Positions 1-12,465 of a stretch of DNA of 64,000 nucleotides are shown one piece after another. The DNA comes from Camelus dromedarius. Taxonomy: Eukaryota. Below the pieces are notes generated by a model. The model had not been told where the DNA came from. It saw nothing but the letters and a program-made list of their open reading frames with translations, and made no database searches. Position numbers and translations under genes: made by a program. Location of the stretch: contig NC_087437.1 in NCBI RefSeq assembly GCF_036321535.1, positions 63,304,001-63,368,000 of the forward strand. Reading direction: 5' to 3'. Within the stretch, counting starts at the first letter, position 1. The number at the start of each line of letters is the position of its first letter.

Positions 1-719
1 ACTTTCTTCCACTTCTCTTGGAACGATGATTCCTGAATTTCTTGCCCCCACCAACACTGGATGGCTTTCCTCTCTGCTTAAGGGGGGTAAAGCCGTGAAA
101 GCCCCAAATACCATCTTTCGTCTTATTTCCTATTTTCAGCACACATCCTATTTATAATTCCGCCTCCTCCTTAGCAGATTGACACAGCACTCTGCTTGGT
201 TCCCAGAATAAATGCAATTCAAGAATGAGCGGCAAGTCCAGGCTCCCAGGACTCCTCTGCAGGCAAGCATTGGTTAGGAGGGCTTCTGCCAGCGTTGGAG
301 AAGTGTCTCTGCCGGCATCTGTGCTTCTCTGGGCCCATCTTCCGCTTCCTGGAAACTCCTTCCATACAAGATTTTCTTCCTAGCAGATTTCCCTTCCTGA
401 TCATGTCTGCACCAAGTTTACATTAAAGGTAGTTTTTATTACCCTAGCATACATTGACTATACCATAAAAGACACATAAGAAATACTTGTTGGGTGAATG
501 AATGTTGGCATATTAATAATAGATAGATCATAACTGAGTCTGCAGGAAGCCAATTTGGAATTACAGCTGATCCACAAAGTGAACAATACATATTAAAATT
601 CACATTTTTAAAAATAAATACCAATTTCCTACTACACCCAATATCTCTGATGTCCCCATCACCAAATCATTATAAAACCTGTATGAAAGAGCAGCATTTA
701 CAGAGCAAAGTCCACCATT

Positions 720-895
720 ACAAGTTGTACTTTGCTTAAATGATTTCATTTATTCTACAACCTCTGAAATAGATACTATTATCCCCATTTTAGGGTAATA
801 AAACTGAGAGTCAGGTAGGTGAGCAGTTTGGCTTAGGTAACAGAAAGAGTAAGTAGATTCAACCCAAGTCTATCTGCCTTCAGAGCTCACTTTAA
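720..895. mobile_element. MIR SINE (further copies at about 9140-9280, 9380-9575, 14425-14560, 22850-23050, 38200-38410, 49940-50120, 50170-50445, 59600-59790)
   Basis: MIR core attatccccattttag..aaactgag. Confidence 0.8.
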
Positions 896-2701
896 CAACT
901 GACAGAGGACTTGGGGCCCTTGAATACAGCATCTAACGTAGCACGCACTAATAACCTCTGGTTCAGTCTGTGTCCCTTGTCTATTTCTTTCCTGCCTGGC
1001 ACATAGTAAGTACTCAAACAAATATTTGTTGACTTAAATTATTGAATGTATCACTTAGACTTAGTTTCTTAACCTGGTATTATTCTAATTTTCTGGGCTT
1101 GACATAGATGCTTTAGAAGAAACCCAGCATTGAGCTACAGAGAGTTAGACGGGGACAACGAGCCAATGTTTCCTGTCTTCAACAAGGAAAGCAGATATGG
1201 GGTGAAAACTTAGCAGGTGGGATTTAGGTTAGGGCTAAAGGAAACATGGTAAGATCCTAGACCAGGCCACTGAAGAAGGCAAAGTATTTTGTCTGCAGAT
1301 CCCCGTCTCTCTGGGATGAGCCAGATTCCTACCTGCAGGGAATGCTCTGCTTATGAGGGCCTGCAGAGCCACCAGAAGCTGCTCTTCTGCATTTGTGGTA
1401 ACAGTAGGAAGAGTCTGCTGCAGAAACTGCCCTCGTTCAGTGGCATCCTCTTCACAGTAATGTGGAGTTGTTAGTTCCCTTGATTGCTCTCTCATGCGTA
1501 GCTTTAATTGTATCCTTGCTTTTATGTAGAGAATAGAATCGTGTTCCCAAGAGGAGAGCTGGGAAAACCCACTGCCAGCCTCGAATACAAATAGGAGTCT
1601 GCAGAAACTGCTGCTTCATGGGTGGGCACAGGGAAAAGGAGACGAGGGAGGACAGCTACTTCCAAAGGTGTAGGGTTTATGCATGGAGGGATCACCGACT
1701 CCCCATGACCTCTCCCAGGAGTATAAACAGCAGCAATATGATTCATAGGAAACTGCCTGGAAATTGCATAGGAAACTCTCTGTAGGGGAGGGTTTAGGTG
1801 GTGCTGAAAAGCTAGCAACCCCCCAAAAAGCTGTCCGTCACCCACACTGGAGCTTCCGTGGACTAATATCACTGTTGGCATAATTATCTATTTCCTTCCT
1901 CAATTTTTATGCGTGTTTCTATGCAATTGAGATCATACTGTACATAAATTTTGTAATCTGCCTTTTTCAGTTAACATTGTAGTTTGTAAGCCTTGGAAGG
2001 TGGGAGGGTTTCATTAAATCCAGTCATTTTATAGTTGAGAGTGACATCAGGCAAAAACAGCAACGACAACCAGCACTACTGTGTCAGCTCCTGGGAACTG
2101 GAAGAGTCCTGTCCCACGGGTGGTAGGGTTCACCCATTTACACGACTTCATCAGGCAGTGGGCAGCGGCTGGCTCCAGGACTTAGGAATAAAGTTCTTTT
2201 TAAATCTTCTCTCAACTTCTTTTATTTTCCAAATTTCATAATAAACCAGTATCACTTTTATAGTCAGAAAAAAATTATTTTAAGTGTTTCTTCTTTGTGC
2301 TGCCAAGAAAGCAGCAAGGCATTAGAATCTGAATCAGCTGCAGAAGAACAAGCCACCCAGGCTCACCTCACCACACTTTAAGCTCTCCATCTACAAAGTG
2401 GGACAATAGCCCTGGCCCCTCCCAGTGTGGAGACTGTAACACCCGCAGTATCATACAGAGAAGGTATGTGGGGCAGGCTGAAGAGATAAGCAGCCCAGCT
2501 CTGGGAGGTGTCCAGCTTTGTGCTGCCCAGCCCTCCACAGCCCCACCCCCTCAAAGCCTCTCAGAGGAAGAACATTCATTCGCCTTATTTATGACCATAA
2601 CATCCGACATAGGCATCATTGAGAAGAACAGATTGGAACCTAGGTACTTTTAGACCCTGAAAAAAGGAGTCAGGCTATTTCCTTGTCCCCTTGCCCACTT
2701 A

Positions 2702-2901
2702 CAGGGCTGACTAATTCATTAGGCACAGGAGACACAGTGCCTAGGGACTACAACACTTTTAGGGGTCCACAAAAACTAATATATTAATGTATTTGCCATA
2801 TGCCAGCACAGTTGTAAAATGTAGGTTTTGACATTTTTAACGGTGGAAGGGGCACACAAATGCAAATATGCCTGAGACCCATAAAAGTCATAATGTGGCC
2901 C
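2702..2901. mobile_element. Short hAT-Tip100-like MITE
   Basis: cagggctgactaat...acagtgcctaggg...taatgtggccc, with degenerate inverted ends. Confidence 0.5.
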
Positions 2902-4039
2902 CACTCAGCCTACATCAGCTCCATTTTTCCCAAGGCCTTCTAAGAAATCATCAAGGTGGACTGCGGACCAGAATGCCTACCATGCCTCTCTATTGTTCAT
3001 CTTCTCCATCCTTCTGGTATAAAGGAAACAGAACTTGGGTGTGGACGCTTGGCATGAAAAATAACCGGAACTATGAGGTTAGACTGAGACCCCCACAGCA
3101 GAATTAGGCAGATGGAGACATATTTAGCAGAGAGCATAAGAAACAGCTTTCTAAATTGTCCACAAAAAAAGCCATTACAACACAGGAAGGACAAAAAGGA
3201 AATGACTCGGTGTTTCTCCCTTTTCATAAAAATGATTACCCCTCATTCCTTAGGATAAGGTCTCTGTAAAATGTGAACATTCCCTTTAATAACTCTGGTC
3301 CTTCTTTTCAAATTAGAGTTATAAATAAATAAGCACAATTTGCAAACCATTTGATTACATCCCTGTACTTTCCCAAGATTCCCTAAAGAGGCACTTACAC
3401 CAATTTTTGCATCATTAAATATTTAAATAAAAACTCAAATTGAACTGTGGGACAAAAAGGCATTTATAAAGCAGATGTTTGGGTCCCATGCAGCACACAT
3501 TTTAGACTTAGGAGCAAACAGAACATTTGCAGACCAGTAATAGAATAATGCGGCAAAGAGTTTTGAAGGGAGAGAATATTGGTTTCCAGGGAGGAAGCCA
3601 GTGTGCAAACCCCCAGTTTTACTTGGAGTCCCTTCTTTAGCATCCATAAATACATGGAAGGCCAACGGGAACCAGGAAGTAAGCAAGATGAAGGAGCTCA
3701 GCAGTCAACCTCCAGCCACAAAGCCCAAGCCCTAGGCAGTTTTAAAACATCATGGAAAAGTTACTGAGTTCAAATCACCTCAAACACTTGTGGTACAAAA
3801 GAAAATAAGTAACTTAAATTTAGAATACTTTGTTTATAAAATAAGGTAATATTTCAATACATTTTATTGTCATTTTCATTGGTAAACATAGAGCAAGGCA
3901 CTATGCCAAGAGGGGTGCACATGATGCAAACTGGGGTTTGCAGTGTGTCTGGGAAACAGAAGAAGTACAAGCTGTGAGTGGATCACAGCAGTATAAGGCA
4001 TACACGTACATGTGGAATGACATGGGAATGGTCCTGACT

Positions 4040-4470
4040 GATGTGTCACTGAGGATCCAGCAAAAATCAGACGGCATGCTCAAGGGATTTAACTGAGAAT
4101 TTGACAAAATACCGATTGGGGTAAGGGCAGAGTTAAGCCAACTAATCACAGTGGCAGCAGACAGGGAACTAGCAACATTGGGAAGCTGGTACCGCTCTTG
4201 GCCTGAAGGGGCAAGGCAAGGAATCATATCACTGGAGCCCGACTGAGAGCTGGCAACATGGAAGAGGGGGTGCTGCACAGAAGCTGAGGCCAGAAGCTCA
4301 GGATAGAAGTTGGGGAATAAACATCCAACCTCTGGTCACCTGCTGATGCCTCCCATAGGCCCAACCAGAAACTGGAGGGCCAGGGAGCCTGGAGATGCAG
4401 GCCTGGAACACAGATCGGGAGAGACAAGAGTGGAGAGTAGACACAGAGGGACAGGTGGAGACTAGGCACA
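4040..4470. mobile_element. LTR33-like ERVL LTR
   Basis: Motifs gatgcctcccataggcccaaccagaaactggagggccagggagcc and ggcctgaaggggcaagg. Confidence 0.55.
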
Positions 4471-5827
4471 GGCTGGACACCTTGCTGTGGGATTTATTTT
4501 AAGAGAAAGGGGCACTTTCTTGGCATAGAAATGGAAAAGGGAGGGCATCTTGGGCAGAAGAAGACATGCCTATATAGGAAATGGGAAATAGGAAATGGTT
4601 GGCTGCTATAACAACATACCATAGTGCATGCAAAGTGTATTTTCTTAGGAGGCAGGCTATAACATTCAGGAAGCTTGAAGGAATAGACATAGAGCAGAGT
4701 TTCTCAATCTCCATCTCCACACAACTGGGAAAAAAGAAGTTTATGTCATAAACAGATATTTATGGCAACTATTATGTATGCAGTCCTGTTTGAGGCCCCA
4801 GAAAAACACATGAATAAAACAGAAACCCATGTACTCCAGTGAGAGAATATAGGTAGACTGATAAAATACAAAATCTTTAAAAATACAGTGTGCCTTGATA
4901 ATAAAGTAAAGGAGGAACTGGAAGGGACACTTATATTCAGTTTTAAATAGAGGGGTCAGTGAAGGCTCCCTGCAAAGGTGACATGTGAATATAGACCTGA
5001 AGGAGCTAAAGGGTGAACTATGTGGATATCTGAGCAAATCATGTTCCAGGCAAAGGAAACACAAGTGCAAAGATCCTGGGGCAGGAGAGGGCCTGGCCTT
5101 TCTAAGGAATAGCAAGACACCCAGTGTGGCTAGAGGGTAGTGAGGAAGGAGAAATGGAGAAAATGATGGGTTCAGAGAATTTAAGGCCTTGCAGGCCACC
5201 ATGTCTTTTACTCAGAGTGAGGTGGGAGCTATTGAGGACTCTGAATGGACGAGTGACATGACCAGTCAGGTTTTCAAGGGCTCCCTCTGGTAGCTGTGCT
5301 GTGGACTATGGCGAGGCAAAGGCAGAGAATTGAGGAAGGCACTGCATTGGTCCAGGTGAGAGATGAGGTTTACTCAAACCAGCATGTTGGTGGTAGAGGT
5401 GGAGACAGGTGCTTAGATTCTGGAAAGCTTCTGAACAAAGTGCCAACGGTACTTGCTCTGATTGGATGTAAGGTGTCAGAGAAAAAGCAGCTGGGGATAA
5501 TGCCAAGGTTTAGTCTGAGCAACTGTAAGGGTGGAGTTGCCATTTGCTGTTACAGGGAAGATTAGAGGAGCTGGCTGGGAAAGGGACATCAGGAGTGCAG
5601 TGAGGGGCACGTTAAGTTTGAGAAGCCGGTTAGTGGCACTATCAAGCAGACAGTTGGATATGCTAGGGTGGAGTTTAGGAAAAGATTAGGGCTGTTGATA
5701 CAAATGTGGAAAGGAAAACATGAGATGGGGTAAGAAAAAAAAGGGAGTGAGCGTGGAGGGAGAAGTCCAAGGGTAAATCCTGGGACACTCCAAACGTTAA
5801 GGTATCAGGGAGGGGAGGAAGGAACAA

Positions 5828-6972
5828 TGTCTGAGTCAGTCTGGGCTGTGTGATACTGTGATTTATAATAAATGTATATTTGGCCATTGTTTCTGACACA
5901 GAGCTCCTAAAACCTTTGGAATTCCTGAATGATAAGAGCAACAAAGGTATTTTTGTTATGTTAATGAGGTGACTTTTGGACCTCACCTGAAGATGGGGGC
6001 TGGTACCAGAAGAACTAAACTTGCCACTAGAGGGTTGGAAATTTCAGTCCCACTTGCTGACCTCCGGGGAGGGAAAAGGGGCTGGAGGTTGAATCAATCA
6101 CCGATGGTGGGTAATAATTTTATCAAACATGCCTATGGAATACAGCCTTCATAAAACCCACAAAGGGCAGGTTTCAGAGCACTCCCAGGTTGATGAACAA
6201 GAACACATCCAAGTGCCAAACTACACAGGAACAGAAGCTCTCTTATTCTGGACCTCCCCCTATGTATCTCTTCACCTGACTGTTGATTTGTACCTTTTAA
6301 TATCCTTTGTAACAATCCTGGTCATCTAGTGAGTAAACTGGTTTCATGAGTTCTATGAGCTGCTCTAGCAAATTAATTGAATCCAAGGAGGGGGTCATGG
6401 GACCTGTGATTTATTAGCCAGTGGGTCAGAAGCATGGGTGACAACCTGGATTTGAGACTAGCATCTGAAGTCTTGTGGGAATGAGTCCTTACTGGTGGAA
6501 TTGGATGCTGTCTCCAGGTAGATAGAACGGAGTGGAATTGTAAGACACCCGGCTGCTGTCAGAGACTTGCTTGGTGGAGTGGGTGGGTGTGGGGGGAACT
6601 GCATACACTGGAACTGGATGCAGAATGGTTGGCTGCTATAACAACATACCATAGATTGAGAAATATATTTCTCACAGTTCTGGAGGCTGGTAAGTCCAAG
6701 ATCAAAGTGCTGGCAGATTTGGTCCCCGTGAGGGCCCAAATCAAGGACTAGAGACTGCGATTTTCTTGCTGTGTCCTCACATGGCAGAGAAAGTGAGCTC
6801 TGGTCCCTCAGTCTTCTTACAAGGGCACTAAAATCCCATCTTGGGGTTCCACCCTCGTGACCTCATCTAAGCCTAATCACCTCCCAAAGTTCCCACCTCC
6901 AGATACCATCACATTGGGTTTTAGGGCTTTAGCATATGAATTTGGGAGGACAGGAGCATTCATTCTACTGCA
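5828..6972. mobile_element. MLT1A/MST-like MaLR LTR (5828-5848 plus 6631-6972), split by the MER21-like LTR
   Basis: tgtctgagtcagtctgggctg joins ctataacaacataccatag...ttctcacagttctggaggctgg...ccatcacattggg. Confidence 0.8.
5849..6630 (+). mobile_element. MER21-like ERV solo LTR inserted in a MaLR LTR
   Basis: Begins tgtgatactgtgatttataat and contains cagagctcctaaaacctttggaattcctg and ttctatgagctgctctagcaaatta. Flanked by a ggctg direct repeat at 5844-5848 and 6631-6635. Confidence 0.75.
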
Positions 6973-7989
6973 ACCCAGCAAAAGAGACTGAGAAGGAAGA
7001 GCTAATGAGGAAGGAGAAAAACCAAAAGAGCACGATGTCCTGAAACCAAGGAAAGAGGTTCAAGGATGAGAGAGTAATCAACAGGGCCAAATGCTGCCGA
7101 TAAGTGGAGTTAAGGCTAAGAGATGATCTTTGATTTAATATCCTGTTGTTTGAGATCTTCACAAAAGTAGCTTCAGTGGAGTGATGAGGATGAAAACCTG
7201 ATTCAAGTGGATTCAAGAGAACTGGGAAGACAGATTAGAGACAGCAAGTATAGACAACTCTTTTACAGAACTTTGCAATAAAGGGGAGTAGAGAAATGGG
7301 GCAAAGCTGGAGAAGAATATGATGGGAGAAATTAGAAAATAATTGTATATTGATGGAAATGAAAGTGAAAATGAAATAAAACATATATAATCAATTCTCA
7401 ATTACACACAAAAAACCAGAGAGAAATAGTGTGACCTATTTGATGAGTTTACTTTAAAAAGCCTTATGGAATATCTGAAACATTAAAAAAGCATATGTAA
7501 GTTCTGAAACACCCACAAACCCCCCACCCACACCAAGAGCTAGACTACCACCAACAACGTCTATATGCTCTTCCTTCTTTCATCCTCCCTGCTTCTCTCT
7601 TAGAAGAAAGCAAAGTTTCTGAATTTCATGATTCTCATTTCCTTGTAAAGTCATATTCACATCACTATTTTCTGTTGTATTTATTGACTGATAGAACCTC
7701 ACCCTAACCCCCTGCAGACTGTCAGATCACTTTGGTCAGGCAGTAACATGAAATTACTTTCTTACATTTAATTTCCTACACTAACATTCAATTTTTCTTC
7801 TTCCATCTCTAGCTTTGCCTGAAGTATCCCTTCTTCTGCACAAAGATCATCATTATTCATTCTTCTCTGTACCACTTAACCTGTATGAAACAGGAAGGGA
7901 TCAGCACATCTTCTTCCCTTGTGCACTTACAGAACAGATCCCAGTAGCCACAGCATTCTTTTCCCCCCAGAAGATGCACCTACAACCCT

Positions 7990-8580
7990 TAAAATAGGAC
8001 AGGAGGGAAGAGGGCAGGGCACAACCACTGAAGGAATGACACAGCAGTTAAGGATAGGACAAACTGTTTAGAACCAAGATGGCAGAAGATTTGACTTCCA
8101 CTAGACCTTGAGCCTCACTGCACACCCAGAGGCACCATGACAGTTCCTAGGCTGACCATAAAAGGACCAAAAGTGCACAGGGCCCAATTCCTGGGAATCC
8201 CAGCCCTTCCTCAAAGTAGTTGGAATAATCTTTTTACTTGTTAGCATAAGAAATTACTGAGCACATAGAAACTAGCAACCCCGCACCTCATGGTCGCTCT
8301 CTCTCTCTTGCCTTCTGAGACAGCCCACACTCTGTCTATGGAGCATGTATCTATTTTTACTTTAAACTAAACACTGCCATACCTCACAGCCTCTCCCTCT
8401 TGCCCTTTGAGATGGCCCACATTCTGCCTGTAAAGCATGTTATCTCCTAAATCGCTCTCCCTTCTGAGTAAGATAGACCGCACTCTGCCTGTGAAGAGCT
8501 TATCTCCCTGAATAAATCTACCTTCACTTCACCATATCTTGCTCTTGAATTCTTTCCTACATGAGATAAGAACCTATCCT
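7990..8580 (+). mobile_element. MER41-like ERV1 LTR
   Basis: Contains cacccagaggcaccatgacagttcc, ggcccaattcctgggaa and aataaatctaccttcact...ctcttgaattctttcct, with three internal imperfect repeats. Confidence 0.65.
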
Positions 8581-9779
8581 CCAGTCACAAAACCTCCAGC
8601 CTCCCTCTCCAATCTTAAGGCACACACGCTGAGCAGATGCCTACGCCAACATCAGGTGTCCCCTCTCCAGAGAGCTCAGCAAGGCAGATGGTGACCAGTG
8701 ATTCTACTTCTTTTATCCCCAAATCTTGCCTATGGACAAACAGCCATCTTCACATCATCCAGAATTCTCCAGCTATGCAAGGACCTGCAAGATTCTGGCA
8801 AATGCCAAGAGATGGAACCCTTTACAAATAGAAGACAGCAGGCTCTGAAAGCCCTCTGCATATATAAACCAAAAACCCAGCTTCCCCACTTGCTCACTGA
8901 TGCTTGAAATTGCTTTAAGGAGAAACAACAGCTTTCATCTCACAACTACAGAAACTTTTGAAGGCCCTGGATGAACTAATTCATTTATTTAGACCAGCAC
9001 ACACCACGGTTGGACTGAAACATTGGCTGCCACAACAGACACCTTAAAAATGGGTGTGAAGTGTCAAGGGTTGTAGCAGAGAAAGATGAGGCTTTCTTGC
9101 CTCCTGAGGAGCTTAAAAAAGAAAAATCTTGAAATCGGAAAATCTGGAGTCAAATTGGGCCTCACTGCCAGCTATCTGTCCATAGGCAAGTTACTCAATG
9201 TTTTAAGCCTGTCTCTTATTTCTAAAATGAAGATAAATACCTACCTCCAGAGTTAATGTGAGACGTCACATGTGATGCCGTCCTGCATGTGACTATTTTT
9301 TCTTTCTCTGTTGCCCCTGGCATCTTGAGCTCTGTTCCTACCCACACTAGATCCAACCCCCTTTCTTATCATTATAGAATCTGAGGAATCTGGAGCCTCA
9401 AACTGTGGGTTCAAATCCTAGCCCTATCACTTGCTAACTCTTGGGCAAGTTACTAGGGTGTTCTGTGCTGTTTCCTCGCCTGTAAAAATGAAGATAATAA
9501 CGGTCCCTGCCTGGTGGGGTGATTGTAAGGATTAAGTGAATTAATATGTGTCATGCACATAGAATCGTCACTGGTCAAAAAACTAAACAAAACAAAAACC
9601 TTGTTAAAATTCTTCCTCAGGGCTTCTCCTCACCTGCCCATTTTTCACAAGCCAAAAGATCATTGAAAGGTCGTCCACTTCTGCTCTCTAACGGACAAAA
9701 AGCCCACTGTAAATTGCTACACATTCCCCTAGGTGCCTCAAAGCCCTCAGCCTCATCCCTAAACGCTAGCCAAGCCGTC

Positions 9780-10230
9780 TGGTCCTTCCGCCACAAGCCG
9801 ACCCTCAAGCAGCTCTCCGCCTCCCAGCTCCACCCGCATGAGACTCCGCAGGAGGCCGTAGCAGAGGGGGCGGGACGGGGCGGCGGGGGTGGGCCGGCTC
9901 TGTGAGGTCACGGCCGCGCCCCTGCGCCGCGGTTGCCAGGCAGCGCAGCTGGCGTCGTCGTTGCCTGGCGAAGGCGAAGCGCTAACAAAGCCGGGTCCTG
10001 CCCCACCTCTCCTGTGCCGCGAGGCTGAGGCCGGTGCCGCCCTTCCCCGCCCAGATTCTACTGCTTTCCGCCCGCCGAAGGTGCGAGGCGCTGGATCTCT
10101 CCGCACACCTCCCTCCTGAGGCCAGGCGCGAGTTGCCGCCCGCTGCCGGATAGCCTCTTTGGGAGCAAGCCTCAGGTAGCCACCCCGAGGGGAAGTGGAG
10201 GGAGGGCAGCACCCGGAGCGCCCCGACAGC
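9780..10230 (+). promoter_or_regulatory. ROPN1: CpG island: probable ROPN1 promoter and non-coding exon 1
   Basis: Dense CpG with GC boxes at about 9866-9892, X-box-like motifs at 9932 and 9960, and candidate donors AAG|gtgcga (10080/10081) and CAG|gtagcc (10175/10176). The ATG exon has an upstream acceptor, so a 5' UTR exon is required, and this is the only CpG island upstream. The assignment is inference. Confidence 0.75.
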
Positions 10231-11777
10231 TGTTCAGGTCCTGCCTGATGGGCCCATCAGGATTCTAAACCCCTCCTGTTCACAGGGCAAGAGGAGGGAA
10301 CTGTGGTATTTAAGGAAACAGAACCATGGGTGATTACTGCTCTCTGCCCAAACTATGATTTCTTACATGCAGGACCGTGATTTGGAAACACAACAGAATC
10401 TGGGATTAGACATCTCCCCCTCCCCCCTCCCCTGACTAGCCAAACCTCTGTTTTTTCGTCTGCAACGTGCATATAAGAATACCTATGAGGGATTGTCAGG
10501 AGGACAAATGAACATGACTAGTACTTTATAAACTGCTATCATTCATTCATTTTCCTCCTATATATTGAGTACTGACTGTATTCCAGGCACCTAGCTAGGC
10601 ACTGGGGATTCTATAGTGAGCAGAAAATGACTGACCCTGCCCTGAAGTTTACAGTCTATTGTGGGGAGGCAGGTGTTAATCCAAGAATCACATAAATAAT
10701 GTAAAATTAGAACTAGCTGCTGCCAAGGAGAGGTGAGTAAGTGATGCTCTGAGAAGATATAATGAAACCAACAGTCAGAGAGGTCAGGAAAAGCTGATTT
10801 GAAACCAGAAGAACCTATGGAAAGGTGAGGAGTGCATCCCAGCAAAGGCAACCACGTATCCAAAATCCATCATCTCCTATTCCAAACCCAAACAAGTACA
10901 TACAGTTGCCTGGTCCTCTTTTCCAAGAGCTGTTCATAGAAACTGCCTCTGAAATTCTGGTGTCTGCAGCCTTTCATTTAGGTAACTGCAGGCTTTTGTT
11001 TACATAACTGAAGCCCTGTTTAGCCCATACTAATAAAACTAAATGAGAAATTCCAGAAACAGATATATATATATTGTATTTGATAAGACCTATATTCTTC
11101 AGCACTTAGCACAAAGGTGTTGGCCTGCCATTCCATACTGGGAGGCATGTAGGTTTAACAAAAGAGGAACCTGTTGAATTTTGAGTTGGGGTCAGGGTGG
11201 GGCAGGAATGATGGATAATTGAGGAAGGCCTACCATACTGACAGCTTTAAGAATGAAAAAGAACACAAAACATTGGAATCATGGAATGTTAAGGTAGAAT
11301 GGACCTTTCCCCACTTCTTTTATCTGATGTGAACAAATGGTCCATAATGCCCAAAGGCAAAACGCTGGGCTTCAGTGCTTTTCAACTTAAGGAGTCTATG
11401 ACTCTAAGTCTCTGTGGTTTAAAAGTGCATGGAAGTCCTGAGTCCCATGGGGACATGGGAGGAGAATTTGACCTGCCCCTCCTTCAGTGTTTTCCATCTG
11501 TGATCTATGTGCCATCTATGATGCCACCATCTACCCAGTCATCCAAGCTTGAAAAGTGGGGAGTCATCCTAGACTCCTCTCTTCTCATCCATTTCCCCCA
11601 GTGGTTACCAAGTCCTCTAGTTCCTGTCTCTCCTATCCCTCCCCATTGCAATTGCTTTTCAAGGCAATGATGCTCTCCAGAGTTGTCTCCAAAAATGCTG
11701 CCATCTTCTCCTGACCAGGCTCCCTGTGTGAAGCTTCACTCCACTCCCTTCAGCCCATCTCCACAGCTTTCAGTCAA

Positions 11778-12465
11778 TGTGTGTTTCAGAGTCCAGCAAA
11801 GAGAAAATCATATAACAGTTTAACAAAGAAAGTTCAATATAACAAATTTTAAGCATAGTAAGATTGGAGTAGTGGAAGATTAGTTAGCCAGACATAAAAA
11901 TCTAAAGTATACAGGAATCACAGATATAAGAAGCTATCATTACCCTTGAGATAGATCATCCAAGAAAGAGATGACCTCCCAAGAGTGTGTCTCACAGGGT
12001 GTGGCCACAGCTCACTGGATGGCAGAGAAGTTACTGAGGTGCAGGGCAGGCAGAGATCCATTTACTGGGATGCCAGAAAAGCCATTCATGAAAAGATGAC
12101 TACTGGCTGCATTCTTCAGCAAAGCTTCCCAAGAGAGGCGCCGGGGGAAGCGGCTAGCCACTGGGCACTGCAGCAGTCGGGCAGTTAGGAGATCACGTAC
12201 TGCAGACGCTGCTGAAGCTGTGCACTGCAGGATCCCAGCACTGGGAACTGCATGCTCCTGGAGCCTAGCAGGAGGATCATATTGGAACCCTTAAGAGAAG
12301 CTCCTTCCTCCTCCAGTTTCCCTCCAGCGCCCTCTACTAACAAAGCTTAACATTATGCTATCTGGCAAAGGAGAAATACTTAAAGGACCTAGTTCTGTTT
12401 TTGCTGAGAAGGCAGGGCAGGTTGAATTCGGAGCAGAGAGGCAATCAATTGATAAGCAGAGCATC
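11778..12465. mobile_element. Old ERVL-type LTR within L2 sequence
   Basis: tgtgtgtttcagagtccagcaaagagaaa...cagcgccctctactaacaaagcttaacatt...tggcaaaggagaaata. Confidence 0.5.

Larger units (their letters stand above)
4740..7350. mobile_element. LINE-2 fragments hosting the two LTRs
   Basis: Purine-rich L2 hallmarks such as gtccaggtgagagatgagg, aagtgcaaagatcctgggg and gcaagtatagacaactctttt. Confidence 0.75.

Noticed and set aside
4741..5202. 153 aa minus-strand ORF
   Set aside because: Lies in degraded L2 sequence.
9780..10230. CpG island as the KALRN promoter
   Set aside because: KALRN is the recalled neighbour on this side in human, but no KALRN exon is visible here. The + strand donors and X-boxes fit ROPN1 better.
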